A stretch of DNA of 29,299 nucleotides. Origin: an uncultured Verrucomicrobiae bacterium. GTDB taxonomy: Bacteria > Chlamydiota > Chlamydiia > Chlamydiales > Rhabdochlamydiaceae. Shown here in pieces: positions 16,956 to 28,800 of this stretch. Positions within the stretch are counted from its first letter, which is position 1. The number at the start of each line of letters is the position of its first letter. The stretch spans positions 1 to 29,299 of the forward strand of contig CAWEXY010000020.1 in the NCBI GenBank assembly GCA_963813135.1, written 5' to 3'. Position numbers and translations under genes: made by a program. The notes below the pieces were generated by a model. It did not search any database. It was not told the DNA's origin and was given only the letters and a program-made list of their open reading frames with translations.

Positions 16956-19900
16956 ATGCTTAACTTCCGCAAGCTCAGACAAGATTTTTCCTCCAACGTT
17001 GTTAAAGAGGGTCGTGAACTTTACGACAAGCAGAAGGTCGTTGCCGCCAAAATTTTGCATTTGGACCATCGGGTTTTGCGGATCAGCGGAAGGGTGCAGG
17101 GGCAGTACGAAAATCATTATGAAAGCGAGATCGAGATCGATCGGTTAGAGTGCGAGACGATCGACTCCGATTGCGATTGCCCTTATAACTATGATTGCCA
17201 GCATTTAGCGGCCCTCGTTTTTTATTTAGAAGAGCGGCTGGATGAGATCATGGTGGCCTACTCTAAGGAAGCCGACATTGGGCAGATCGCAGAGAAGAAT
17301 GAGCTAAGCGATGAACAGCGCACGGCGCTCATCAATAAATTTAAAGAGGCCGAGACCAAGCAGAGCCAAAAGCAAGAAGAGCATTATCAAAAACAGGTGC
17401 TGCAAGAATACGTTGCGGCATCCGAAATGCTGGCGGTGTCGCCCTTTTTCCGGCCCAGCGAAACCTATGAGATCGATAATGCCGAGGCGATGCTCATCTT
17501 TGCTCCGCCGCCTTACTCCGACGCTAAGAATTTAGTCGAATGCCAGCTTGCCTTAAGGCTGCCCTCTAGATCAAAACCTCTGCATATTCCCTATGTGAAA
17601 AAGTTTTTCGAGGCGCTTCGTTATGAAGAACCGATTTTTATCGGGACCAAAAGATATTGCTTTTCTCTCGCTTCTTTTAAAGGGCAAGAACGCGAGATCA
17701 TGCGCATGCTGCTCGAGCAGGCGCGCTTTCCAGAGCAGGTGAATGCCGAAAAAGGCTACCGTATTTTGCATATCGACCTCGAACTCTTCGGCCTTGTCTT
17801 GGCCGCCGTACACGAAAAAGCCCTCAGCGAAAATGGATTTCCCGCACCCGATGAAGAACTGCCTCAGCTTCCCGGACTGTATGAAGGCAACTTCGATACG
17901 CCGCTCCGTTACTGCTCACTGCCTGCTACATTGAAATTTTGCATCGAATATATGAAGCCGCCGGTGGCAAAAATTTTACTCCGTCCGCTGATTGTCCTCC
18001 ATGATAAAGAGATCGACATTGCCGGGGCCCGGCTTCTGGAATGCGCCAAACCGGGAATGCTGCATCAAAACACGTACTATCGTTTCGATAAGATGATTCA
18101 GCGCACCCATCTCAAGAGCCTTTCTCCTATCCGCGATATGACGATTCCACAGCCCCTCTTTGGTTCTTTTGTTGAGAACGCGCTGCCGCAGCTGTCGCAT
18201 TTTTCCAAAATTGAAAATCGCGGTGCGATAGAAGACTTTGTGACGCTGCCTTTTGTGGGCCCCATCAAAGCTACCTGTGAAATTGTCTATCTCGACGGTC
18301 AGCTTGAGGCTTCGCTTTTCTTCCATTATGAAGGGCACAAAATCCCCGCAACGGCGACCCAGCTGACCTATGATGATGCTGCGACCTTCGTCAACAAACA
18401 CGGGATTTTAGCCCGCGATCTCGTTGAAGAGCGCAAAATCCTCGACGGCCTCTTCCAAGATTTTCTGTATAACCCGCACGGAAGGGATGTACGTCGCCAA
18501 GTCGGAAAAGAAAATCGTCGAATTCATGACCGATGTCATTCCCGGGTTCCAAGATCGCGTCGACATTCAATTGCCCGCAAAATCTTTTAGATCAGTTCAT
18601 TTACGATCAGAGCAAGTTTAAACTCAAGCTATGCCATACCGACGTATCGATCTGTATCGAAATCCAAATCAAAGTCACGGTTCCCTTCAAGGAATCAGGA
18701 TGGACCAGCTCTGGGAATGCATCGCCTCGCGGCGTCCCTTTATCGAGCTTGATACGCCCAAAGCCAAGACAAAAAAGGAGAGGGGAAAAAATCCCCAAAT
18801 TTTGGTCCTCGATCTCGAGAAAATCACAGCCCTTGTCCAACTCTACGATGAGCTGGGGATCGATGTCCTCGACGATCACACCCTCGAGCGTCCTCTTGTG
18901 GAGCCTGGCCAATATCGAGCATCCCATTTTAAGGGCCTGCCGTCCAATTCGCGATGACGGATCAACTCGTCGACATCCGCAAACAGATGCTTGGGGAAAA
19001 AGTTTTGACGTTCACCCCCACGCCCGAAGAGATCCAAGCCAAATTGCGCGCCATATCAGACAGACGGCGTCCATTGGCTGGAGCGGCTCCGCCTCATGTA
19101 CTTCAACGGCATTCTTGCCGACGATATGGGCCTTGGCAAAACTCTGCAGGCGATCGTTGCCATCACCCAATATCGCAGAAGCAAAAGGCGATGTCCTTGA
19201 TCGTATGCCCCACCTCCCTCCTCTATAACTGGAAAGAAGAACTCGCCAAGTTCAACCCCGAGCTCAAAGTCATCATCGTCGACGGCGTCCCCAGCGTGCG
19301 CAAACGTCTGATCGAAGGGATGTCAAATACGACATCGTCATCACGTCCTACACCCTCCTCCAAAAGGATGTCGAAAGCTATGCCAAAATCAATTTTGGAT
19401 ACGTCATCCTCGACGAAGCCCAGCACATTAAGAACCGCGGCACCCGCAACGCCAAATCGGTCAAAATGATCCAGCGCCGATCACCGACTGATCCTCTCCG
19501 GTACCCCCATCGAAAATTCTCTCGACGAGCTCTGGAGCCTCTTCGACTTCCTCATGCCCGGCTTCCTCAGCACCTACGATCGATTCGTCGAAAAATACAT
19601 CCGGGTCTCGGGCGAAGAGCAGACAAAAAATCTCGAGTATCTCCGCAAAAAAGTCGCTCCCTTTATCTTGCGCCGCATGAAGAGCGACGTTCTCGACGAT
19701 CTTCCCCCTGTATCCGAGATCGTCTACCATTGCCAGCTCAGCGATGTCCAGCAAGAACTCTACCGCTCTTATGCCGCATCGGCCCGCGATGAACTGGTCA
19801 AGCTCGTCGAACGCGATGGCTTTGACCGCGTTCAGATCCACGTGCTGGCCACCCTCACGCGCCTCAAACAAATCTGCTGCCACCCTGCAATTTTTGCCAA

Positions 19901-20435
19901 GGAAAAGGCCGAAGTCGGGAGATTCCGCCAAATACGAGATGCTCCTCGAGCTTCTCCAAACCCTCGTCGAAGGCAAGCACAAAACGGTCATCTTCAGCCA
20001 GTACACCCGCATGCTCCAAATTATGCGCACGACCTCCAACAGCGCGGCATTCGCTTTGCTTATCTCGACGGCTCGAGCAAAAATCGTCTGGATATCGTGA
20101 AAAAGTTCAATGAAGATGAGACGATTCCTGTTTTCTTGGTCTCCCTCAAAGCGGGCGGCACCGGCCTCAACCTCGTCGGCGCCGATACCGTCATCCATTA
20201 CGACATGTGGTGGAATCCCGCCGTTGAGAACCAAGCCACCGACCGCGTCCACCGCATCGGTCAGAAAAAGAACGTCTCCGCTTATAAATTAATTACCGTC
20301 GGAACGATCGAAGAGAAAATTGCCGAGATGCAGAAGACGGAAAAAAGGATTGGTCAAGAAAGTCGTAAGTTGCGATGATGAGGCTATTGCGAAATTAACT
20401 TGGGAAGATGTTTTAGAACTTCTTACAGAACATGA
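16956..20435 (+). CDS. SWIM zinc finger + SNF2-family helicase (CT708-like), many frameshifts after ~18480
   Basis: SWIM CDC...CQH; across frames [88 protein letters not shown]; synteny tig-SNF2-mreB-pckA. End approximate. Confidence 0.92.
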
Positions 20436-20440
20436 GAAGT

Positions 20441-21525
20441 ATGGCATTAAAAGAAAAAATCTTTTGGATACTTAGTCAAACGAAAGTCTTACGGAAAATT
20501 CGGACGGTTTGCCACTTTTTTTTCCAGCGACATCGGAATCGACTTAGGAACTGCTAATACCCTTGTTTATGTGCGCGGCAAAGGGAATCGTCCTTGCGGA
20601 ACCTTCTGTTGTTGCTGTCGACTCTACCACCAATGAAGTGCTCGCTGTCGGCCACAAAGCCAAGGCGATGCTCGGTAAAACCCCCGCAAAATCCATGCCG
20701 TCCGCCCTATGAAAGACGGCGTTATCGCCGATTTTGAGATCGCCGAAGGGATGCTCAAAGCCCTCATCAAACGCGTGACCCCGGCCCGCAGCCTTTTCCG
20801 CCCTAAAATCCTCATCGCTGTTCCCTCGGGCATCACCGGCGTCGAAAAGCGCGCCGTCGAAGATTCCGCCCTCCGTGCGGGCGCCCAAGAAGTGATTCTG
20901 ATCGAAGAGCCCATGGCGGCCGCGATCGGCGTCGACCTTCCCGTGCATGAACCATCCGCCAACATGATCGTCGATATCGGCGGCGGTACCACCGAAATCG
21001 CCATCATTTCCCTCGGCGGCATCGTGGAATGCCGGTCGCTCCGCATCGCCGGGCGATGAGTTCGATGAGTGCATCGTCAACTACATGCGCCGCACCTACA
21101 ACCTCATGATCGGTCCGCGCACAGCGGAGGAGATCAAGATCACGATCGGCTCCGCTTATCCCCTGGGCGACCATGAGCTTGAGATGGAAGTGCGCGGCCG
21201 CGACCAAGTCGCCGGCCTCCCCATCACCAAGCGCATCAATTCCGTCGAAATCCGCGAGTGCCTCGGCGAGCCGATCCAACAGATCATCGAAAGCGTCAAA
21301 CTCACCCTCGAAAAATGTCCTCCCGAACTTGCTGCCGACCTCGTTGAGCGCGGCATGGTGCTCGCGGGCGGCGGCGCCCTCATCAAAGGCCTCGACAAAG
21401 CGCTCATCAAAGAGACAGGACTTCCTGTCATCGTTGCACCTCACCCTCTCTTGGCTGTGTGCCTCGGCACCGGAAAAGCTCTCGAATACCTCGATAAGTT
21501 CAAAAAGCGCCGTTCGATGGATTGA
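20441..21525 (+). CDS. mreB: Actin-like MreB (frameshifted in this sequence)
   Basis: [10 protein letters not shown] (~20530), [42 protein letters not shown] across frames. Start approximate. Confidence 0.95.
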
Positions 21526-21535
21526 AAAAGGGGAA

Positions 21536-21596
21536 TTTTAACGCAAAGGCGCAAAGTCCCAAAAAATCTTTGCGACTTTGCGCCTTTGCGTTAAAA
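21536..21596. repeat. REP-like palindrome copy 3 (mreB-pckA intergenic)
   Basis: 23-bp perfect arms TTTTAACGCAAAGGCGCAAAGTC / GACTTTGCGCCTTTGCGTTAAAA. Confidence 0.9.
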
Positions 21597-21616
21597 ATCT
21601 CTCTTAAGAGTAAGAA

Positions 21617-23309
21617 ATGTTATCTGACTTGGATGCTTGGATCACCGACATCAAAACACTTTGCAAACCTAAAAATGTCCACATTTGCGACGGTTCTCAA
21701 GAAGAATACGATCAACTTTGCCAAGCGCTCGTTGACAATCGAACCTTTGTCCCTCTAAATCCGACCCTTCGCCCCCATAGCTTTTGGTGCCATTCCACCC
21801 TCGAAGATGTTGCGCGCAGCGAGGAGTCGACCTATATTTGCTCCTCCTCAAAAGCCGATGCGGGCCCCACGAATAACTGGGCCGATCCGAAAGAGATGAA
21901 GAAAAAACTCCTCCAGCTCTTCGCGGGATGTATGCAAGGCCGCACCCTTTATGTCATTCCGTTTTGCATGGGGCCATCTCTTTCGGCGTGCAGATCACCG
22001 ATTCTCCCTATGTTGTCGTAAGCATGCGCATCATGACCCGCATGGAGAAAGGAACACCCCGTTCATTCCTTGCCTCCACTCCGTGGGCGTTCCTCTCAAA
22101 TCCGGCGACAAAGACGCTCCTTGGCCCTGCCGTCCTGATCAAAAGCATATCGTCCAATTCCCCGATGAACCCAGCATCTGGTCGTTCGGCAGCGGCTACG
22201 GCGGCAATGCCCTCCTCAGCAAAAAATGCCTATGCTCTGCGCATCGCCTCCGTATTGGGGCGACGGAAGGATGGCTCGCCGAGCACATGCTCATCATGGG
22301 CCTCACCAACCCCCAGGCGTAAAAAAATATATCACCGCTGCCTTTCCCAGCGCCTGCGGCAAAACCAATCTCGCGATGCTCACTTCCACCCTTCCTGGCT
22401 GGACAGTTACCACCGTTGGAGACGATATCGCTTGGCTTCGCCCTGGACCCGATGGCCGCCTTTATGCGATCAATCCCGAGCGCGGACTTTTTGGCGTGGC
22501 TCCTGGCACTTCTCTCAAAAGCAATCCCAGCGCCATGGGGGCCATCTCGAAAAATACCTCTTCACCAACACAGCCCTCACCGATGAGGGCGATGTCTGGT
22601 GGGAAGGAATGACCGATCATCCGCCCCACCATGCGCTCGATTGGCAGGGCAAATCTTGGGACCCCTCTTCTCTAACAAAAGCCGCCCATCCCAACGCACG
22701 GTTCACGGCACCGCTCTCACAATGCCCTGTGCTCGATTCCGAGTGGAACAACCCTGAGGGCGTTCCCATTTCTGCCATCCTCTTCGGCGGACGCCGCAGC
22801 AATACAGTTCCCCTCGTCGTCGAAGCCAAAGACTGGACGCAAGGCGTCTTTTTCGGCGCCAGCATGTCCTCAGAGACAACCGCTGCTGCCGAAGGCGCCG
22901 TCGGCAAACTCCGCCATGACCCGTTTGCCATGCTCCCTTTCTGCGGCTACAACATGGGCGATTATTTTCCTCATTGGCTCTACATAGGCAAAAAGCTTAG
23001 AAGTCCGCCGCGCATCTTCCAAGTCAACTGGTTCCGCAAAGAAAGAGCGGCGCTTATCTCTGGCCCGGATTTGGGCAAAACATCCATGTGCTCAAATGGA
23101 TTTTTGAGCATGAGGAGTCATCGATACTCCCATCGGCCGACTTCCAGCCCCCGGGACATTTAAGCCCCAGGAACTTATCTCTTTTGATCCTCATTCTACT
23201 AAAAAGAAGCGGAGCCATGAGCAATATTTCACTCCTCTTTGGCGACCATTTCCCTGCCCCTCTTCAACAATACCTCGATAATCTATGCGCGCAGTTGTCC
23301 AAAAAGTAA
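21617..23309 (+). CDS. pckA: Phosphoenolpyruvate carboxykinase (GTP), frameshifted in this sequence
   Basis: [80 protein letters not shown] across frames. End approximate. Confidence 0.95.
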
Positions 23310-23718
23310 AGCAGGCCTCTGTTACCGTGAAGAGCGCGATACAGGCAGGCATCGCAGAGCCGGCCTTCTCGTGCTCCTGGGCATACACAAAGATGACACG
23401 CCGAAAAACACCTTGGCTCGTCCAAAAAGTGATCCATCTTCGCATTTTTCTGATGAGCAGGGCAAGATGAATCTCTCAGTTCACGAAATCGGCGGGCAAA
23501 TCCTTGTCGTGTCACAATTTACGCTATATGGGATGCAATTCCGGCCGCCGTCCTGATTTTTGAGAAGCTGCCCGCCCTGAAATTGCCGTGCCGATCTATG
23601 AGAAATTTGTCCGTGAAATAGCCGAAGCGATGGACGGCTGAAAACAGGGGAGTTTGGAGCCATGATGGAAGTCCATCTCATCAATGACGGGCCCGTCACA
23701 CTTATTCTCGAACACTAA
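23285..23718 (+). CDS. dtd: D-aminoacyl-tRNA deacylase (frameshifted in this sequence)
   Basis: [30 protein letters not shown] and C-terminal [21 protein letters not shown]. Confidence 0.93.
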
Positions 23719-23780
23719 GCGTTTGCAATAAAATCATCACTTAAACCAAACTGGCTCGCATAAAATTCCAGGGGGATCTT

Positions 23781-24905
23781 ATGTCAACAACTGCAGTAAC
23801 TAGTAGCCCATACGCCACTCACGATAACTATTTCGACCGAGCTTTCGAGAACTACTTACAGTCAGGGTACGCTCCTGTAGGGGAAATCGAAATGTTCCAA
23901 GAAGAAACTGGCATTGCAAAAACCGAGCGTTTATTTGCATTTGCGAAAGCTTGTGAAAAAAAAGGACTCGACGAACAAATAGGCTCCCCGCCGTGCCTAT
24001 TATTTCCGTCAGGCCCGGGAAGTTTGCGATCTGACATCTTATTGCTTCTTAAACACATGGGGTCGATTTGCAGATGATATTGCCACGATGAAAGCATCCT
24101 GCCGAGATAAGGAAGCCGAGGCGTGTGAAAAGGCAGCCATGGAGGACGCCGATCCTCGAACAAAACCGTTGTGGCTAGTTCGGGCCGCAGCCGCAGCTGT
24201 ACCAGAAGTTTTTGAAATGAATTCTATTACCGATTTAGGAGAGAAAGATACTTCTCGCTTAGCTAAAGCATCACAGCTATGGCAACGAGCGGCACGAGAA
24301 GCGCTTCAGCAACCCGTGGCTATTAGGCCTGTCGTGTGGTATGAGCATGACTGTTCATATACAGCTCCTGAGCCTGAGAATATCAGGCCGAATGCCTTAA
24401 AAAAGCTGCCACATGTGAGAGAATAACTGAAAAAGCCGATCCACTATGGAAACGGGCGATCCGAGCGCTTGAGGCTGCTGCTCAGGCGTACGATGAGCCG
24501 CGGATTGAATTAGAGGAAAAAATCGCTAATTGGAGCCAATTTCGACTTCTTCTTTCACCGCGCGTCCAACCCATGCCACCGGAAAGAATCAAGAAAAAAG
24601 CAGAAAAGCTTTTTCGCACACGTATTCTTTTATCCCGGCGCTATGAGAACATGGCAACAAGGAAACTCGATGGGAAATTGTTACTGCGCTCTGTAGTTGA
24701 GCTATATCGGGCGATGAATTTACCAGGATCTTCCTTCAAAAAAGAGGATGCGGAGAAAGGACTTGAGCTAGCAAAAAAAGCATGGGAGTCCCTAGATCGT
24801 AGACAAGACCCTGAATTTTGGCCGAAGGGTACCGTAGACGAATCTCATCCCGAACTTAGTTTGGTGGGAGCATTCGAGGAAAAGCTTCGACTCTTAACGA
24901 ATTAA
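23781..24905 (+). CDS. Hypothetical helical protein, probably one gene broken by frameshifts
   Basis: AGGGGG upstream of ATG 23781; consecutive same-strand ORF pieces 23781..24077, 24088..24426 and 24573..24905 fill the dtd-ndk gap; no family recognised. Confidence 0.55.
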
Positions 24906-25187
24906 ACGCCGCTCAATGCTCGGGAATGGATCTCGGTCGGCTTGAAGAAGAACGCGATTTCAATCTTCGCATTTTCTAAACTATCCGATCCATGCACGAC
25001 GTTGCGGTCGAGGCTCTCAGCGAGGTCTTTACGGATCGTTCCGGGAGCTGCATCTTTAGGATTGGTCGCGCCCATGATCGCGCGGTTTTTTGCCACAGCC
25101 CCTTCGCCTTCTAAGACGGAGACGAGGACAGGACCTTCCACCATGAAGGTGACGAGGTCATTATAGAAGGGACGCTGAGCGTGAACT
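24902..25187 (-). CDS. ndk: Nucleoside diphosphate kinase, 3' part only (5' end cut by the junction)
   Basis: [15 protein letters not shown]...[15 protein letters not shown]...NVVHGSDS (active-site His)...EIAFFF; roughly the first third is missing. Confidence 0.93.
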
Positions 25188-25195
25188 AGCGCCTT
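25180..25195. other. Compositional discontinuity / probable chimeric junction
   Basis: Abrupt change from moderate-GC chlamydial DNA to very GC-rich DNA; both flanking genes are truncated; no repeats, integrase or transposase nearby. Confidence 0.85.
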
Positions 25196-25885
25196 CTCCT
25201 GCACCTCGACGGCGCGGCGGAACAGGGCCTCGGACTGCACGAAATCGTCGGCCAGGTTCGCGCGGGTTCCGCGGTCGATGAGTTCGTCGAAATTGCCGAC
25301 GTCGCTGGCGCTGAACGCGCCCGCGGGGGTACGCGCAGCGCGCGCGGGGGAAGCGGGAGCGGCGGGCTCGGCATGCAGTTCGCCGGCGAACACGCGATCG
25401 ACCGCTCCATCGCGGGCGGACACGGCAGCACGCCGTCGGCGTACCGACGCGACCGCCAACCGCGGCGACCAGCGCCACCTGCGGCCAGCCGCCGAGCCGC
25501 CGCGTGCACGAGAGAACCACCGCCTTGTCGCCGCCGAGGATGCTGCCATCCGCCGGGGCGCCACAAAGGAAGCGGGTGTCCAGCGCCTGCCGCCAGGGCA
25601 AATGAACCGCGAGGGCGCGCAGATCCGCCGATGCCGCCGGGCCGCCCTCGCGCACGCGCGCGCTCGGCTGCAGCCAGGTGCCGCAATAGACATCGGCGCC
25701 GCGCGGTGCTGCCGGCCGGCTGGGTGCAGGCCTCGCCGACGGTATTGGCGCCAACCGAGACCTGCGCGCCCGAGCGTCCGCTGCCGCGCAGATAGGCCTC
25801 CTGCGGCGGCGTCGTGCAGGCCGCCGGCCAGGGCGAGCAGACCGATCAGATTGAGCAGACCGAGCGCGGGGGCGCCGCATCGCAT
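25188..25885 (-). CDS. N-terminal part of a lipoprotein with TPR-like helices, probably a CHAT-domain TPR protein (frameshifted, truncated)
   Basis: Signal peptide with lipobox-like LALAAC on frame correction; Cys-spaced region ([25 protein letters not shown]); TPR-like [21 protein letters not shown]. The CHAT domain itself is not present; it is inferred from similar haemagglutinin-adjacent genes in Acetobacteraceae-like bacteria. Confidence 0.55.
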
Positions 25886-25886
25886 C

Positions 25887-28800
25887 TCAATAATCCCGGT
25901 TGGAGACGTTGGGCAGCAGCAGGTTCAGGTCGCATCCTGGTCGTCGCGCGACGTGCCGATACGAATTGTGGTGGGGTTGCCGGCACCCCTTCACCGCAAG
26001 CACGATGCAGTTCACCGAGGCGATGGGCATGGTTCGAAGCGGAATCTGGCGCTCGCCAGCGGCTCGATGAAGCCGGCCGCGGCGGCCAGCGGGCCGGTGC
26101 CGCGACGAGCCTGGTCTGCCGACGCTTGCTGCCGGTGCCGAAGGGGTAGTTGACGTAGAGCCCGGCGACGTAGACCTGGCCGGTCACCGTTCCGGTGCCG
26201 AGCACGTTGAGGAACAGCACCGTATCTCGCGCGCTGAGCCCGGCGGTCAGATCGAATTTGGCCACGCCGCCGGTGTCGACACGCAGCGTGGCCGGCCCGG
26301 CCGAGAGGTCGGTGACGGCGCTGCTGCCGGATTGGGTGAAGTTGTTGACGAACAGATAGGCGCCGGGCCGGTCATCGGTCGAACCTGGCCATTTGCCGAA
26401 GGCCAGCGGTCCGGAGAAACTGCCGGCCGAGCCGGTAGTGATCACAGCCCCGTTGCCGAGGGCGACCAAATCGGCCGGGTTGGTTTCAGGCGACAGGGTC
26501 GCTGCGGCGATCACCATGCGGTTGGCGCTCGAGTGCCGTTGATGGCGATGTCGCCGGGCGCGCCGATGTCGAGCGTCGTGCCGCCGACGTAACGCGCCGG
26601 CCGCGATGGCAAGGTTGCCGCCGGTCTGGATGCTGACGCTGCCGGACGAGGTCACGCGCCGGCGATGTGAGCGGCGCGCAGCGGCAAAGTTGAGGCCGCC
26701 GCTGCCGGTGATGACGGAAGCCAGCGTGCCACCGCGTTGCCGGCGCTGTCCAGCACTGCGGCGCCGGTTTCGGTGACGACGGTGAGCGTGCCGGCGTTCA
26801 GCACACCACCCGTCTCGATGACGTCGCCAAGCGCCTGCAGCAGGACGGTCGGTCCGCTGATGCCGCCGGCGAAGTTGATCCCCGCGCCGCCGAACAGCGA
26901 CACGGTGCCGGTGCCGGCGACGATATTGCCGCTGGTCCGGGTGATCGCGCCGGGCGAGCTGATCGACACGCCGGTGCCGCCGCTGACGGCTCCGGACACC
27001 ACCACCGGTGCATGCGTTGGCAGGGTGAAGCCGCCCCCTGCCAGAAGCCGGCCACCACCGGGATCACGTTGCCGGATCCCGATGTGGTGTCGAGCAGCAC
27101 GTTGCCGGTCGCGCTGCCGGAGAGCGATCCGGCGGTCACCTGTCCGGTGTGCGCGGTGCCCACGGTCTCCGTGATGTCGCCGCCGCGCGCGACCAGGCTG
27201 ACGGGGCCGGCGGGATCGGCGATGAGGCCGGCCAGGTTGATGCCGGTCGCGGCATTCAGCGCGACGCCGCCGGTCGCCTGGATCGTGCTGCCGTTTGCCT
27301 GGGTGATGCCGCCGGCCTGCGTCGAGAGCGTCGCGTTGGCGCCGCCGAACAGGCCGGTCAGCGTGACCCCGGCATTGTCGACCAGCGCGGCGTCGCCGGT
27401 GCCGCCGTTGAGCACCGACACAGTCGCGATGGCGTTGGCCGCATTGGGGAGCATGGCGCCAGCGGATGCGGTGACCGCCAGGACGGATGCGGTAACCGAG
27501 CCGCTCGGTTCGCTGATGGCCGTGCCGGCGAGCGATACGACGCCGGCGGACAGCGATCCCGCCGCACCGGGCACACCGATGGCGACCGTGCCGTCTGACA
27601 CGATCGACAGCGCCGCCGCGGACCCTGCCGTCACGCCGCCGACTACGGCGACGCCCACGCCGTCGTTCAGGGTGAAGTTGCCGGAGGTATGAAAATCCCC
27701 CAGCGAGCCGACGCTGCCGGAGATGTTCGCCGACACGGCGATCGGATAGGTGGTGCCTACGGCTGGACCGGTCAGCAGGAGCGCCGAGATGCCGGTGGCG
27801 GTGATGTTGGCCGGGAAAAGCAGGGTGATGGCCCCGCCGGCGCTCGTCAGCCCGTTGGCGACGATGTCGCCGTTCGCGGAGATAATCATCGATCCGGACG
27901 CGCCCGAGGTGAAATCGGTCACCGTCACGGCCCGGGTGTCGTTGAACAGCAGGTTGCCGGTGGTCGCCAGCGACGACGCGGCAACGATATCGTTGTAGCT
28001 GACCAGATTGATCTGCGCCGCCGCCGCCACCGCCGGTGCCGCGCCGGTGAGCAGGTTGGTGACGATATATCCATTCGGCTCGGTGATCCCGGCCAGACCC
28101 TGCAGGGCCACCGTGCCGCCGCTGAGCACGCCCACCGTCGTCGGATCGCCGAGGCGCAGCAGGCCGCCGGACACCAAGGTCAGCCCGGCGGTATTCACCA
28201 GGTCGAGGACAGCCGAAGTACCCCGGCGATGATGGTGCCGAGCACCGCCACGCCGCTGCTGTCGTTGACGAAGAAATTGCCGGCTGTCGTGAACGCGCCG
28301 AGCGCCGCGATGACGTTGCCGGGGTTGCTCAATTTCACCGTGGTCAGGCCGGTGGTGGGTCCGCTCAGCAGGTTGGCGCCGATGACGCCGTTGGTTCCAT
28401 CGATCGTCCCGATGGCGGACAGCACGACGTACCGCCGTTGAGGACGGCCGGCGTGGCGGCGGCGCCGAGGGTCAGGTTGCCGCCGGTGGTCAAAGACAGA
28501 GTGGCGGTGTTGGCGGGGCTGCCGAGCAGGGTGCCGCCAGCGGTGACCGTGCCGATCACGGTCAGCGGCAGGCTGTCGATGATGGTCAGGTTGCCGGCGG
28601 CGTTGAAGCCGGCGAGCTCGGCGAAGGCGCCGGTGATTGTCGTGGTGGTGGCGGACGCGCCGGGGGCGGGGCCGATCAGCGTTCCCGCGACGATGCTGCC
28701 GTGCGGGACCAGGATCGCCCCGGTCGTCGCCAGCGCCACCGTGCCGGTGCTGCTGGCGGTCAGCACGCCGGCGGTGCCGGCATTGCCGAGCGTGATGCCA

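Noticed and set aside
16956..23718. Pseudogenisation or programmed frameshifting of SNF2, mreB, pckA and dtd
   Set aside because: Indels are numerous and scattered, without consistent slippery sites, and motifs remain conserved; sequencing error is more parsimonious.
24902..25885. 327-aa ORF appearing as a novel N-terminally extended NDK fusion
   Set aside because: It spans the compositional break, and most of its N-terminal part is off-frame GC-rich sequence; best explained as a chimera artefact.
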